A stretch of 64,000 nt of DNA from Tubulanus polymorphus (taxonomy: Eukaryota > Animalia > Nemertea), in the NCBI RefSeq assembly GCF_964204645.1, contig NC_134025.1:4836001-4900000 (forward strand), given 5' to 3'. Numbering within the stretch: position 1 is the first letter of the stretch; each line of letters begins with the position of its first letter. This document shows, one piece after another, positions 12,212 to 24,205 of the stretch. Position numbers and translations under genes: made by a program. The notes under the pieces were generated by a model. That model had not been told where the DNA came from. It ran no database searches and saw nothing but the letters and a program-made list of their open reading frames with translations.

Positions 12212-13576
12212 CTAAAAGCCAATTGTCGTTTGGTATAATAACGTTATAACTAATATCATTGTCGTTAGTATACCAGCAATACTGACGTAAAACGCAAAAT
12301 TAGCCAGAACCTGGCCGGTCTTTTCATCATCTCTGTCGAATGCTTTCCACGCAAGATACGACAGAAAGACAGCAACAACTCCGACTGGAGGATTCATACA
12401 GAGCATCGTAGTAAACGATACTGCGAGGCAAATTGGATAGTTTTTATTCGTCGATCTGAATTTTCGCTTTTTCTTCGATTTAGGAGCCGATTTTTGTTGC
12501 TGCGTCGGAGGCATTGTATCTACGGCGGTTAAGTCTTCGTTGCCATTCGCTGTTTTCACGCTTGTCTGCTCCGGGAAATAAAAAGCGTTTCGGTCAAACG
12601 CATCGCGGTAATACGGCGAGTCTGGTGAACCGATGTTGTTTGTATCATCAGAGGCCTCACCAAAAGAGCGCGTGGCTTTCACGCTTTCTCTGGATGGGTA
12701 AACCTTCACCGGTGAACTACGCCCTGACGGATTATCGAAAGAATCCATCCGAATACTCAAAAGTGGAAGCCTGACGTCTTTGTCTTTCTGTCGAGCACTT
12801 ACATCGGAAAGATTATCACGACTGCGTTGGTTATTCTTACGAAGATCAGGCGAAACGAATCTGATATCACCAGATACAGAATCTGGTGGACTCTGACGTT
12901 TCGTTGGATTAAGATGTTCTTGCAAAAGAGGCGAGTCATCATTGTCCGAAGATTCAGTTTCGGTGTCCATGAAAGGGGACAATCGAGGAGGTGGAATTAT
13001 CAAAGTTTTCTCATGTTGCATTCGGGAATTCTTTTCGGGTTCCTCTTGAGGAATCGGAGATTGCGACCGAAACGGACTCGGTGGATCGGGGAACGAAGAC
13101 GAAGAATCGTGTTCCGATGGACTTATACACTCGTCGGGACCACGCGGCGCTCGAAAACCTTCCGGTAATAACAACGAATTTCGCTTCCAGCCGTCGCTAA
13201 CCATCGGATCGATGTTAACATCCGACATATTCGACGAGTCTGACAACGGTCTATTGCCTCGAACACGGCCTAGATTGTTAATGTTCTTTATACCGGAGCA
13301 GGGGGCTACTGCTCCTTCTAATGAAGAATCATCATTATCGCATCTATAGCCCTGGGAACATCTAGCACGAGAATTACCATTCGACCCACGTAGCTCATCA
13401 TTGGGAGTGACCGAGCTGATGGAAGGTAATTGCTCCATACATGTCGGGGTTATTGATATATTGTTATTTATCTGACTGCGCGCAGTGTTGCCCTTTTCTA
13501 TATCACTATCCTGATCAGATGGATAAAACTCCGAATCTTTATAAGACGGAGGGGGTGGAAGTTCATCGGAAGACAT
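12212..13576 (-). CDS. CD225/dispanin-family membrane protein (PRRT/TMEM91-like) with long disordered N-terminus, single coding exon, 454 aa
   Basis: C-terminal NYPICLAVSFTTMLCMNPPVGVVAVFLSYLAWKAFDRDDEKTGQVLANFAFYVSIAGILTTMILV fits CD225 (two hydrophobic segments); N-terminal PPPPSY. Confidence 0.8.
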   Translation of the reverse strand: MSSDELPPPPSYKDSEFYPSDQDSDIEKGNTARSQINNNISITPTCMEQLPSISSVTPNDELRGSNGNSRARCSQGYRCDNDDSSLEGAVAPCSGIKNINNLGRVRGNRPLSDSSNMSDVNIDPMVSDGWKRNSLLLPEGFRAPRGPDECISPSEHDSSSSFPDPPSPFRSQSPIPQEEPEKNSRMQHEKTLIIPPPRLSPFMDTETESSDNDDSPLLQEHLNPTKRQSPPDSVSGDIRFVSPDLRKNNQRSRDNLSDVSARQKDKDVRLPLLSIRMDSFDNPSGRSSPVKVYPSRESVKATRSFGEASDDTNNIGSPDSPYYRDAFDRNAFYFPEQTSVKTANGNEDLTAVDTMPPTQQQKSAPKSKKKRKFRSTNKNYPICLAVSFTTMLCMNPPVGVVAVFLSYLAWKAFDRDDEKTGQVLANFAFYVSIAGILTTMILVITLLYQTTIGF

Positions 13577-16500
13577 CGTTTCAAATATTTTTAGTTTTAG
13601 TTCACAATCAGCATAAACAATACACGTATGCGACGTTTGATACTCTTCTATATAACTGACATATCTACCCTCGGGGTATTCACTCGTCTGATTTGCTTAT
13701 GATTCAGCGGCGGGTTCGTTCACCACGCACGACATCCATTTGTGGCTTATTACCGCTTGTGTCTTGTCGGCTTTAGAGCGGGGATATTGCGTTATGCTCA
13801 TGTGATACAGCCATCAACCCTGTCGTATGCGACACGAAATGCATACCGGCTGCCACTACAGCGCTTATTCCGTCGTCACAAACAAACGACGCATATATGC
13901 GCGGAAAAACGAATGTTCAATAGCCGCGTCATATTCAGAATGTAAGCTCTCGGCGATAATTAACCGTAAAAAAATCGAATATTTTAAAGTTGTAAATCAC
14001 ATACATCAAACCGCGATGAGCTCATAATCCATCGATAGGTTTTCATAATCGGCAAATCGTTCAATAGTCGATTAGATCACATGTATGTTCAACGCATAAC
14101 GGTTTGATGACGAAATAGACCAATTCTGACACTTAATCTGTCCTTAAGCGGGTAGCAGGAGTAAAAAATCTTGGAAATGTAGATTAACAATCAGTAGTCG
14201 TTGTGAAACCGTTACTTTCCATCGTCTGGGTGGCATCTAACCATGCGCTAGCAGCTACTGCAGCAGTTTATCTACAACGACAATTTATTGTATAATTATG
14301 CATTTCAGACGTCGTTAGGTTCGTTAGGAACTTCCGGCAACGTTGATCAAGGATGAATTTACATGTATGCGTCTCTCTTATGAAAAATGAATATCAAAGA
14401 TAGATTTTCAAAGCAGTATTTACGTAGTCTATCTAGAAATTATCAATCTTGGCTACTGCACCCATCTTCAACAGAAAAAAAACTGTTACTGTGATTGAAG
14501 TTATTACGTCAGAAGATACGAAAATTCTGACAACCAAGCTTTCAATAGTTAATCGTGCGGATAAATTCGACGATAGAAAATGTCCTAAATGTCAAAGTCG
14601 TTCGCAGTAAAAGGCTGGTCTTATGTTTTGCTGTTCCGTAGTCTGGGAGATACCTTTCTGATTGGTCCTTAAATGTAGATGGACGGATAGTAAATTAAGA
14701 TATATGATCGTAGCCAATACGTTCGACATCGTATCACCAAGTGATTTATAGTTTATGGTCTAGAAAAAGTGCAACCAGTCAGATAGAGTTAGTTTTAATT
14801 TAATCTGACAGCTGTATATCATATGGGATAAAACGTATCGCTGTTTTGGAAAATACGACCTTCCAATACGCGAAATATCGAATAAAACTAATTCAATTAA
14901 GGCAGATAATAAGCGCATTTTCTATCCCGTTGAAAGTAAGGCTCGTATTATGGGAGTAATTTATTTACCTCATCTAAGGCGCACGTCAGTAAATTCCAGC
15001 CTTCCAAGCCAGGCATAGCATCATCTAATGTCGTCCTTCGGGTAACATATAACGAGACTTGTTTTTACACCGATAAAGCCCCTTCACTGTGCTCCTTGAA
15101 TGGCTTCAATCTACAATAGCAACGAGTGGAATATTGGATATTTCGACTAAAGGTACATGTGGAAGACCACCGATATTCTGTTAGCGACATAATTCGGCAT
15201 GTTATTTTCGGTACGGTTTTCATCGCCAGAAACGAGACACGCGAATCATGGTGGCATGAAATTTCTGTTATGTGTGTGTTACACATATTTCGAACTGAAA
15301 TAATGAAATTAAAGAAAAACTAGTAATGCTTCGTGTTGATAACATTCCAGAGCATCGTTGAAAGGGGTTCTATTTCATTTTACTCCAGAAAGGAGATACA
15401 TACCGTCGTTCGAAAAATGAAACAAAAATCAACAAATCTTTAAACCAGAAATATGGTAATTATTTTTGATAATGCTCAAAAGAACCAAGATTGGAGATTC
15501 TAAGAGAAAGAACGCCGTATGATCTGCGTGTAAATATTTACTTCTAATCTACTTGTATACACCACAGGCAAACAAATCTCATCAGAACTCACTTATAATT
15601 AAACGGATGAAGCATTTCAAGTGATGGTCGACGCCGTATATGTTTAATTAGACACTGATGTATGTCAACACGAGATAGTTCACTAAAACTTGCGACAGAA
15701 ATAAAAGGAATGGTTGACATGGCAACGGAAAAATGGAAATTGAGATGCGTTTATTGGCAAATAGCCTACGTATTAAATAGCCATCTTTCAGCGCGTACAA
15801 CCGGACCCAAGATCGAAAATGTCAACTTGTTAGCAGAAAAAAATAGACAATAGTTAGATTGCGCAAATCCAGAATACAGAGATGATTGGAAAGAAACTTG
15901 GAAATTTTCCTGGGACGCACGATACAGGTTTAAATGGCCTTCGATTTGGCAATATCATGCAGGGACAGACAACCGAGGGACTGGTAATCTTACTGGCAAT
16001 GCAGTAATCGTTGCGGAATTATATCAGAATTGGTGAAAAACTAAGAAGGACTACTTGTAAGTACGATTATTGCGGTTGTGTTGTCAGCACATCTCTGCTA
16101 TGTTAAAGTGATATCTGTTGTTGTATCTATTTCATTGGTTCTTAGTCAGGAGTATTAAACACAGGCAAAGTGGCACATCGATGTCCTGCGTATGTTACTT
16201 AAAGGGAAACGCTTGAGAACTTAGTGCAACAACGTCCGTACAACCATGTATTGACTGAAACTATTAAATACACTAACCGGGAAACTAGCGGTTGATTTTA
16301 CGTTTATTTTTATTCAACACAGCCAAATTAATCGCCAGCTCAATCATGCAGCATTAGACGTATACCCGGTGTCAGGATCGAGATGTGCCAGCTCCCATTA
16401 CCGACACGGAAGTCCATGTAGAGAGTATATGTTTCTGGTTTTACCTCTTGGGGATAGAGACTCTCATTGCGTCGAATAAACAGGATTAATGATATTATCT

Positions 16501-16914
16501 TCGACGTATTAATCGTGTGGACACGAACAGGCCAGGCGTGATACAAGTATATTCTCTGATAGTGTCATAACCCGACTGATTATAAGCAATATCTAAGTTT
16601 ATTCTTTTTTCGCCACACTTCATTCGTTTTAGAGTCCATGTACAGATCAAGTGATGAGCACGATTTTAGAAACTACGCGTACTTCACTTCTCGATTAACT
16701 ATCGAATATTCTTGAAGTAGAAGCGACGAAGAAGCTCTCTACAAAAATCTTATTCGTCATTCGATATTTGCTATGTCGAATCCATGTATTCGATATTATG
16801 AATCATTGATAATGTAACAATTGTTTAAGAGAGAATTTGTAGATTTCTAATACAAACGTAAACGTATTCTATATAACTTCTATAATGAGGCGACGTCAGT
16901 GGACCTGATGCATT

Positions 16915-16973
16915 CATTGGGCTTAAAAATACAATGAATATATAATATATTTCTTGTATTTCTAAGCCCAATG
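16915..16973. repeat. ~28-bp-stem imperfect inverted repeat
   Basis: cattgggcttaaaaatacaatgaatata / tatatttcttgtatttctaagcccaatg. Confidence 0.7.
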
Positions 16974-19869
16974 ATGCGAGCTAAATTATGTAAAAAAAAG
17001 AACTGCAAAACCTACGACGTGCGTCAAGCCTTTCTTTGCACTTTACTGGGAATATCAAGGATGACCGTGAGAGCAGAGGCAATTAACCGATCACAATACA
17101 AACAACATCTTTTTTTCCAATGAATTGAAGATAAAACGATAGCCAGCGAAGCACAGAATCGAATGTAAACAGAAAATTATTGAAAAAATACATAGGGAAA
17201 TAAATGCACGAAAATAAATCTCCACGGTGTTAGCAGGCAGGCATTCGATAGACTGCAACTTAGCAGTAGCTGCTAATTTCTGAGTTAGTCCCTATATCTT
17301 ATCTAAAGGCTTCTTATCTGGTTTGGTTTTCGTTACTGTAGACGATGATGTTAGAGCAATTAGGTAGGCCACACTGCCTTCTGGGTAACTGAATGTTCAT
17401 TACAGTTAAGTTCCTCAAAATCTAATGAACACCTTCTGCTGATTTGCTGGTTAACTCCGTCTGGAAATAGAAAGTGCCGTATAACGGCGCTTGGCATAGT
17501 TTGGATTGACATTTGTGAGCGTTGTGTGGTTGTTAATTCAATAATTATCGCTTTGAGTGGTCGATCTGTACAGTAACTGATGATGAAACATTGACCCGAG
17601 ACATATCTCGCATTTGAAATACCGATAAGTACCTCAACTCTATTCACATTATACATTATATATGCCTTAATGTTGTTATACATAGATATTACCAGAGAAT
17701 AACGGCTAATATCGTTTGGTAGATTTGTTTGCGTCATACGGGCTAATTGTTTTCGTTATTACGTGCTTATTTACGAGCGGCGCTTCCACAATTAGACGTG
17801 GAAGCAGACCCGCGGGGATTTATAAGTAGTTTGCGCGATACATTGCACATATAAGACGAGCGAGACATACTTATAAAAATTGCACTGGTACTCGTGACGT
17901 CAAAACGATCGAAGTGTCCAAAGACGTTATTTGTTGTCAAGGTTCCAAAGCAGAAAACCGATGATCTACTTTGTCTGACGAAACGAAGAATATTGGAACG
18001 AAAAACATTGACTTCTTTTTAGAAAAGATTGACTAACTCTTTAACATTGGAAAACTATCCAGAATGAATGTGTGATGTGATAATCAAACTTTGATTCCAA
18101 TCGAACGTTCAGGACGACAACGTTGAACGTTTAGGAACTTCTAGAGTGATTATTTACATGAGCTTTTCCTTAAAATTCTCAAAAATTCCTAAACTATTGT
18201 AAACTTTCACAGTAGGCACACGGCCAACGAAGATTGCTTCTCGTTTATTCATCTTGCACGTTCGCAGACCATGGTTAATCTACTGCGAAGAAATAACCCC
18301 TGAGATTTAGATGCAACAATGTATAAGATGTATCGAATCATTTTGAAGATCCTTTCAACACTCGCGTTACATGTCTGGCTAATGTTTTGGCGTATTCAGT
18401 GCAATTGAATAGATCACGAAGTAAGTCTGGACCTGAAAAATAGATTTTCTTCCTTGGAGTACGAAACGGATAATGTCGTCGTAAAAAACGAAATACACTC
18501 TGTAACTGGAAAGAAAAATCCGACGACACGTTTCTCGTAAATTATGTTGACACTCATGACGCTAGAGTGCGACAAATGGGTATTGATTGTCACCAACCTC
18601 GGGATGTCTAAGAAATGGGTAACAAAATTCAATTTATCTTCCGATGCCGTGCACAGATCACACGACGGGTGCAATCAACGCTTACGGGAAAACACGTGGC
18701 ACGCCACAAAAATCAAATTACCGTCACCGTTCTGAGAGAATTTTTACTCGCGTTTGGTTTTTAGCGCAACACACTTTTAATATTATACTAAATGCATGTT
18801 CAGCCGCGATGAATTGATGTCTTGGGTGAGCATCGATTCATGTATGGATTTTGTCACCGTATCACAAAGTCGATCATAATTAACATCTTTGAACAGGGGA
18901 TTATATCAGTCGTGTTGACTTGCGAAGTGAAGTCGATTACAATCATTACAGATATGATTGGCAAATGCAACTTGAAAAATGTCCACGCAATTATTCAGAC
19001 TTTGATTTGGTGAAAAAGATCTCATCCGTCAGAAATTTCAAATTAATGCATCTCAAATAACAAAATTGATGATCTGAACGCATTTAAACACAGTCTGAAA
19101 CATCTGCTTTTCTGTAAAGCGTATGGACTGTAGTTGCAGTTTTTACTAATCTCAAAGCTGATGAACATTTTTCTTTTGAATGAAACAGGTGCTATACAGA
19201 TTTTCAGATTATTATCATTATTAACATTTAGGTAATCAAGCCTTAAATAATGAATAGGTTTTTGTCACCTTGTCGATTTAACTAATACAATCACAATTAG
19301 ATTCTAGATTTGAGTTCGATTAACGAGACTAAACCAGTTGTCAATGAGCGAGATTTTCTATTTGTCTAACGTCATTCACCGGTCGGAGTTCAGTCGAAGA
19401 AGCTCTAACCCGAAGATGCCCTCATCCATTTACTTTAATTGACTATTATCAATGCCTTCAATCTTTTGTATCATGTATACAGGATGTAATATACTGCTTC
19501 TTAGGCATTAATGCACGATGTCGAATGCCAAAATGTCCGCAGAGAATCCCAAGTGCGGATCCCATTATAAATCTCGACAGCTCAAGCAAGTTCAAGTGCA
19601 AATTGCCGCTTGGCCTATAACGAGATGGACAGGAAATATAGAAGATGGAGCTTATTGATAGAATTTCAGCTGACCCGAGCTTAAATAATGCGCTATAAAT
19701 ACCGTAGTAATAAAAGGTGGGACTCGAAATCAAACCCCGTTTCGATCAGCAGGTGTAGTGGGTTTGTAAGGGACGCCAAATCAAACGAAATCTACCAATC
19801 AAATATACAAAAGGGTCATTCCCTATTTCAAGGTCAAAACATAAAAGATGCAACGATTTTTCATCGTAA

Positions 19870-19912
19870 TGATTATTATTATTATTACTATTATTATGAT
19901 CATGATTATCAT
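19870..19912. repeat. (ATT)n-type microsatellite
   Basis: gattattattattattactattattatgatcatgattatcat. Confidence 0.7.
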
Positions 19913-20974
19913 TGGATCATACCTAAGGTGTCCACCACGTTTTGGCATGAAACAAAAAAATTCTGGAAAGGAGTAACTTTCTATCCTGACCTGAAAAGGG
20001 TAATTTATGATTGAGTATCTTATGGCGGCAAAAGACATCGACATCCAAGCAGTAAATAGAAATCTAATAAGTCATATCGCCTTAATATCGAATATTGAAT
20101 ATACCGATAATAACATTATGCTAATATGGTTATGCCGGATCCGATAGTGGAAATAATTGTTACGCTGGTATCGTTCAGCTAATACTGACATAAACGACGA
20201 ACTTTACCAACACGCACGTGTGAACATCCACTCTCTGTAATGCCATTCGTCGAATAACTGTTCTCAAAAATGACATTACTCTCAAAACGTACCTTTTTAT
20301 ACCCGAAACACGTACGGCCCCAATAAATTATTAAAGAGAATCAGTTTGCGTCGCAGTTACGCAGTTCACTTCAGTTCACTCCCAGTCCTACGTTCCTGGT
20401 GGCTGTTTTGGTTTTGTTGCTCCATCAATCGAACGAAGGTGAAATTAATTCACTTATAAATGGCATAAGTCATTCATCCCATGAACGCTTATATCGTAAT
20501 ATGAAAAGCCACTGCCAGTCATTTACTTTTTAAAGAAAGTTTATATAGATTGAATCCGCATCATTAGAAATCATTAAAATGAAAATATCACCGGGGCGAG
20601 AAACAAAGGGAGGGAAGAATCAATTTTTCAAAATGTCTCTTTTGCCCCTGAATGATTCTATTCTGTCAGATTTCTCTAGGAATATCTCGTGATGTTCGTG
20701 AAGATTATGCGCTCGATGTAATGACGTTGTCTACGGCGTGTGCTCCACGCCTAGATTCGCGAATCCCTACTCGTCTTGCGTCGTCAAATAAGACAGGCGA
20801 AATTTATCGAACATTTTATGAACGCATACAATTCGGCACGCCGAATTATCCGTGACAAATGAAGAAAGATCGCTTCCCCCCAGACGAATGAGTATAGTAT
20901 ACACACACTTTTCACAGTCTCTGGTATGCCGGCGTTGAGCAACCCACATGTGACAGTACCATAAAATGATCATG

Positions 20975-21128
20975 AATTCCCAAAAGGAACGTGAGATGTC
21001 GGCAAAGATGCCTGGACTTACCAGCGCCATCAAGATAAATTGTTATAGGTTATCTAACACTCTACTAGCCGGTATCAGTGTCGTCGGTATTGATGTTAAA
21101 CCACGTTCAGGACAACCTCGATTTTCTA
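20975..21128 (-). pseudogene. Possible decayed LRR-protein fragment (LRRNT cap plus first repeat)
   Basis: Minus frame CPERGLTSIPTTLIPASRVLDNL*QFILMALVSPGIFADISRS; a shifted frame gives TYNNLS; in-frame stop. Confidence 0.3.
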
Positions 21129-24100
21129 TTTTCACCTACGTTAGTGCTACGTAATGAAAGTTTACTTTTAAAACAATTTGAATTATTGAACATCTTAAAA
21201 ATTAAGATTTCTAAATCAGATCGTAATTCATCGGAATCACGACGATTGCTAAATGTTTCTGTGTATGAACATTAATACTGTTGTATTGCGTGTTTGTTTC
21301 AAAAATATGAACATCAATAAATCAAGATATCGCCGAATTTTTAAATCCACTCTACCAAAAAATCAATTGAAACGCAAGATTTATACATGTATATTTAATC
21401 CGTTGGGACAAGATTCAAAATTATTGGTTTTAGTTGCAAAGATATTTCCGATATAGATATAGCTCTTCATACAGTCGATTTGATATCGCATTGATCCTAG
21501 ATGTAGCATAAATTCTACAAAATTTATCTGAATACTCATTAAGTAGACCCATCACATTTATATATTTCCATTCCGATCCAAGATTATACATAGCGCAATA
21601 ATGTTTAATCAAACAAACGTATTCGATATCGAAAGCACAATAATCGTGTATATGATGAAGATACCCCAGTACTTCTTGGCTTCGTGTTCAAGCACTTATA
21701 TCGAGTTTTGTGTGCCCTTATTGACGACATCTATTAGTTTAAACACAAGAAAATGATAGATATTAGATTTAACATTGGATGCATTTCCTGTGACATCATG
21801 TCCAGACATATATGTCAAGAATTTCCTTTTGAATCGATGCCTGAGCGGTCATGCTCCTCTTTCGTTATCATGCATACGCCATATGCCACAGCTCAGACAT
21901 TCATAGAATAACGTATGCATCAAACTGCAGAAAATATTCCCACTATCGACGAAAAAATTGACCAGTATCCCAAGTAGATGTATACACATTTGTTTCCCAA
22001 GGGAAAATAATGGATGGAAAATATATTCCTTTTATCTTTATGCCTGATTGTAACGTGACCACCAGACATCGATGATAGTTATCATGTACTGGTTAAGGGT
22101 GAATTTCTTCACGACAAATGTTGCAATCCGTGCGTTTTACAATATTTCCTTCCCTGTATTATTAGACCTAAAAGGATTTTATAGCCTCAGGGATCCAGCC
22201 AGAAATAATTATATAGTTTCATCCTATTTATTTAGTAAGCCATCCGGCAGCAAAAGTTTTGTTTCTAAAGTTAATCGTACAAATAGTGCCCAGCAAAAAG
22301 AAATTTTCGATGAAATTATCAAAATTCTAATGTAATTGAATTTTACGTCGCCACGTTTGTGTATTTCCGAATCAATTTCAACACACTACGATAAAACTCC
22401 CACGGGAAATCTGGTGAAACTTTCAAATTGAATCCTCGTCGTCTTATTCGTGTGTTTGAGCAAATTTATGGCATGGTGTGTTCAACCAAAGTAAACGTGT
22501 GTATAAGAACGGTATGTATATATACACGAACATGCCATGTCGGATGATCAGATGATGAATGTAATCGTGAGTTATCTCGTAGCCAACATCTTGACCGATA
22601 ACATGATGCATGGCGTTGATGCACCTAATATTGAATCTCTAAGCTTGTATGAGCAACTCTTCACAGTGTTATGAGAAAGAATCCATACAACGATAGCGAA
22701 ATGTTTCTACGTAAAATACACAGACTACAAACGTAGATATACACTCATATGAGGGTTTTTGCTACTAATGAACGAGAATGAATATTTGCATCACTATATT
22801 AGACATTTTTTTAAACACAGTGAACAAGTGGAATAAGATCTGCTACAGAATTATCGTCGCGAGATATCCACAACGTCAAAAGTATCGTAAAATAAGGACA
22901 AAGTGCGCGAGCCCTCATTCGGATATTACCACATTCTGGTCGAGAGCGAAAAACAATTTAGGCAAGTCTGAGCTGTGCCTTCGAAGCGCTACAAGTTTTT
23001 TTTACACTAATAGGCGTTCTTGGTATGGAAGCAGTAGACGTCACGACAACGCCGTCTTATTATATTAAAGGAGATGTACGCAGATTATACGAGTCCCAGA
23101 GCTTCACAAAAACGCCGTCCAAAACATGCATAAAACATGAACAACATATAAAAGCGAGTTAATATAATTTGCATCGGATGCGATTGCGGTCCAACTCAGT
23201 GGAACGAGCGAGCAAATTGTATGCATAGATTTTCAAAATGACCCTCGGACGAAAAACGAAATTCATGTAGAATGTGCAGACGGTTTCTTCGGTCGAGCGA
23301 GATAATATCCGCAGTCCATTTACGTAGCTTTTGCAATGATTTACAGAAGAAAATGTGACTACTACTATTACTGATCATCGTCGCGGGTAATTTTCAAAGA
23401 TTTTCGCTTCGAAAATTATCCACGAGAACCATTTTAGCGTCTGAGTGCGCTGAACAGAAAATTCAACAGTGAACAGAAAATTACGCATGCACTTATAACT
23501 GCAACTCCTATCTTTCGTCGTCGTAGTAATTTTCATAATCGTCCAATAGCAGAACGCTTAGACAACCCTCGGAGTATGGATTTATGCGTAGAAATGGCAT
23601 GAAAAAATGAATTGTAGATGAAGTATTGTCGTTTTTGACAAACAAACTAAAACTAAACGTGGAAATGTATTCATCAGTGACACAAATGTATAAATTAGAA
23701 CAGCCGTTGAAAATACTAAATTTTATATTGTATTTCGTGTACAACTATATATCATGCGAACCTATCTTTTGTCAAGATGCGTCACCTTAGCTATAGCAAA
23801 ACCAAATGCAGACTTTGGGTAAAAATAGAAATGCAAATTCTGAACGGATCAAAACTCAGTCTTTCACGAAATCGCTACTGATGATTGGTCAAATGAATAC
23901 GGTCATCGCTAGGAAAGTGGCTAGGTTTGATGCGATCAGATTCGAATCCCCGCTGGGGGAGGATGATTACGGTAATATCTGAACTCTACCATCCTAATGC
24001 TGCGTATGTTACAACACTCGAAAAAAATTAAATCGCTGAGAATGCATGGTATATATCTTCTCGTCCGTTGTCGTCAGAAACCTAGCAGCTGTTTATGTTC

Positions 24101-24166
24101 GCACATTGAGCTGCCTCATCAAATAACCCAAGCCCTTGAATACCGCATATTGGTTTTGGTTTTATA

Positions 24167-24205
24167 AGAAAATTCTAAAAACCGCAGTACGGTTTTAGAA
24201 TTTCT
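24167..24205. repeat. Short inverted repeat, probable MITE remnant
   Basis: agaaaattctaaaaaccg-cagta-cggttttagaatttct. Confidence 0.55.

Noticed and set aside
12514-13200. Plus-strand ORFs overlapping the CD225 gene
   Set aside because: Antisense shadows of a real coding region.
16340-17480. DEG/ENaC-like snippets (SLILFI...PGIRLMLHD; CNEHSVTQKAVWPT) on the minus strand
   Set aside because: Motifs are short, in the wrong order for an ENaC, and lack supporting exons; may be chance.
19136-19190. CTGATGA...GAAAC hammerhead-like spacing
   Set aside because: Stem II does not pair properly and no stem I.
23915-23965. tRNA B-box-like gattcgaatcc
   Set aside because: No cloverleaf or convincing A box.
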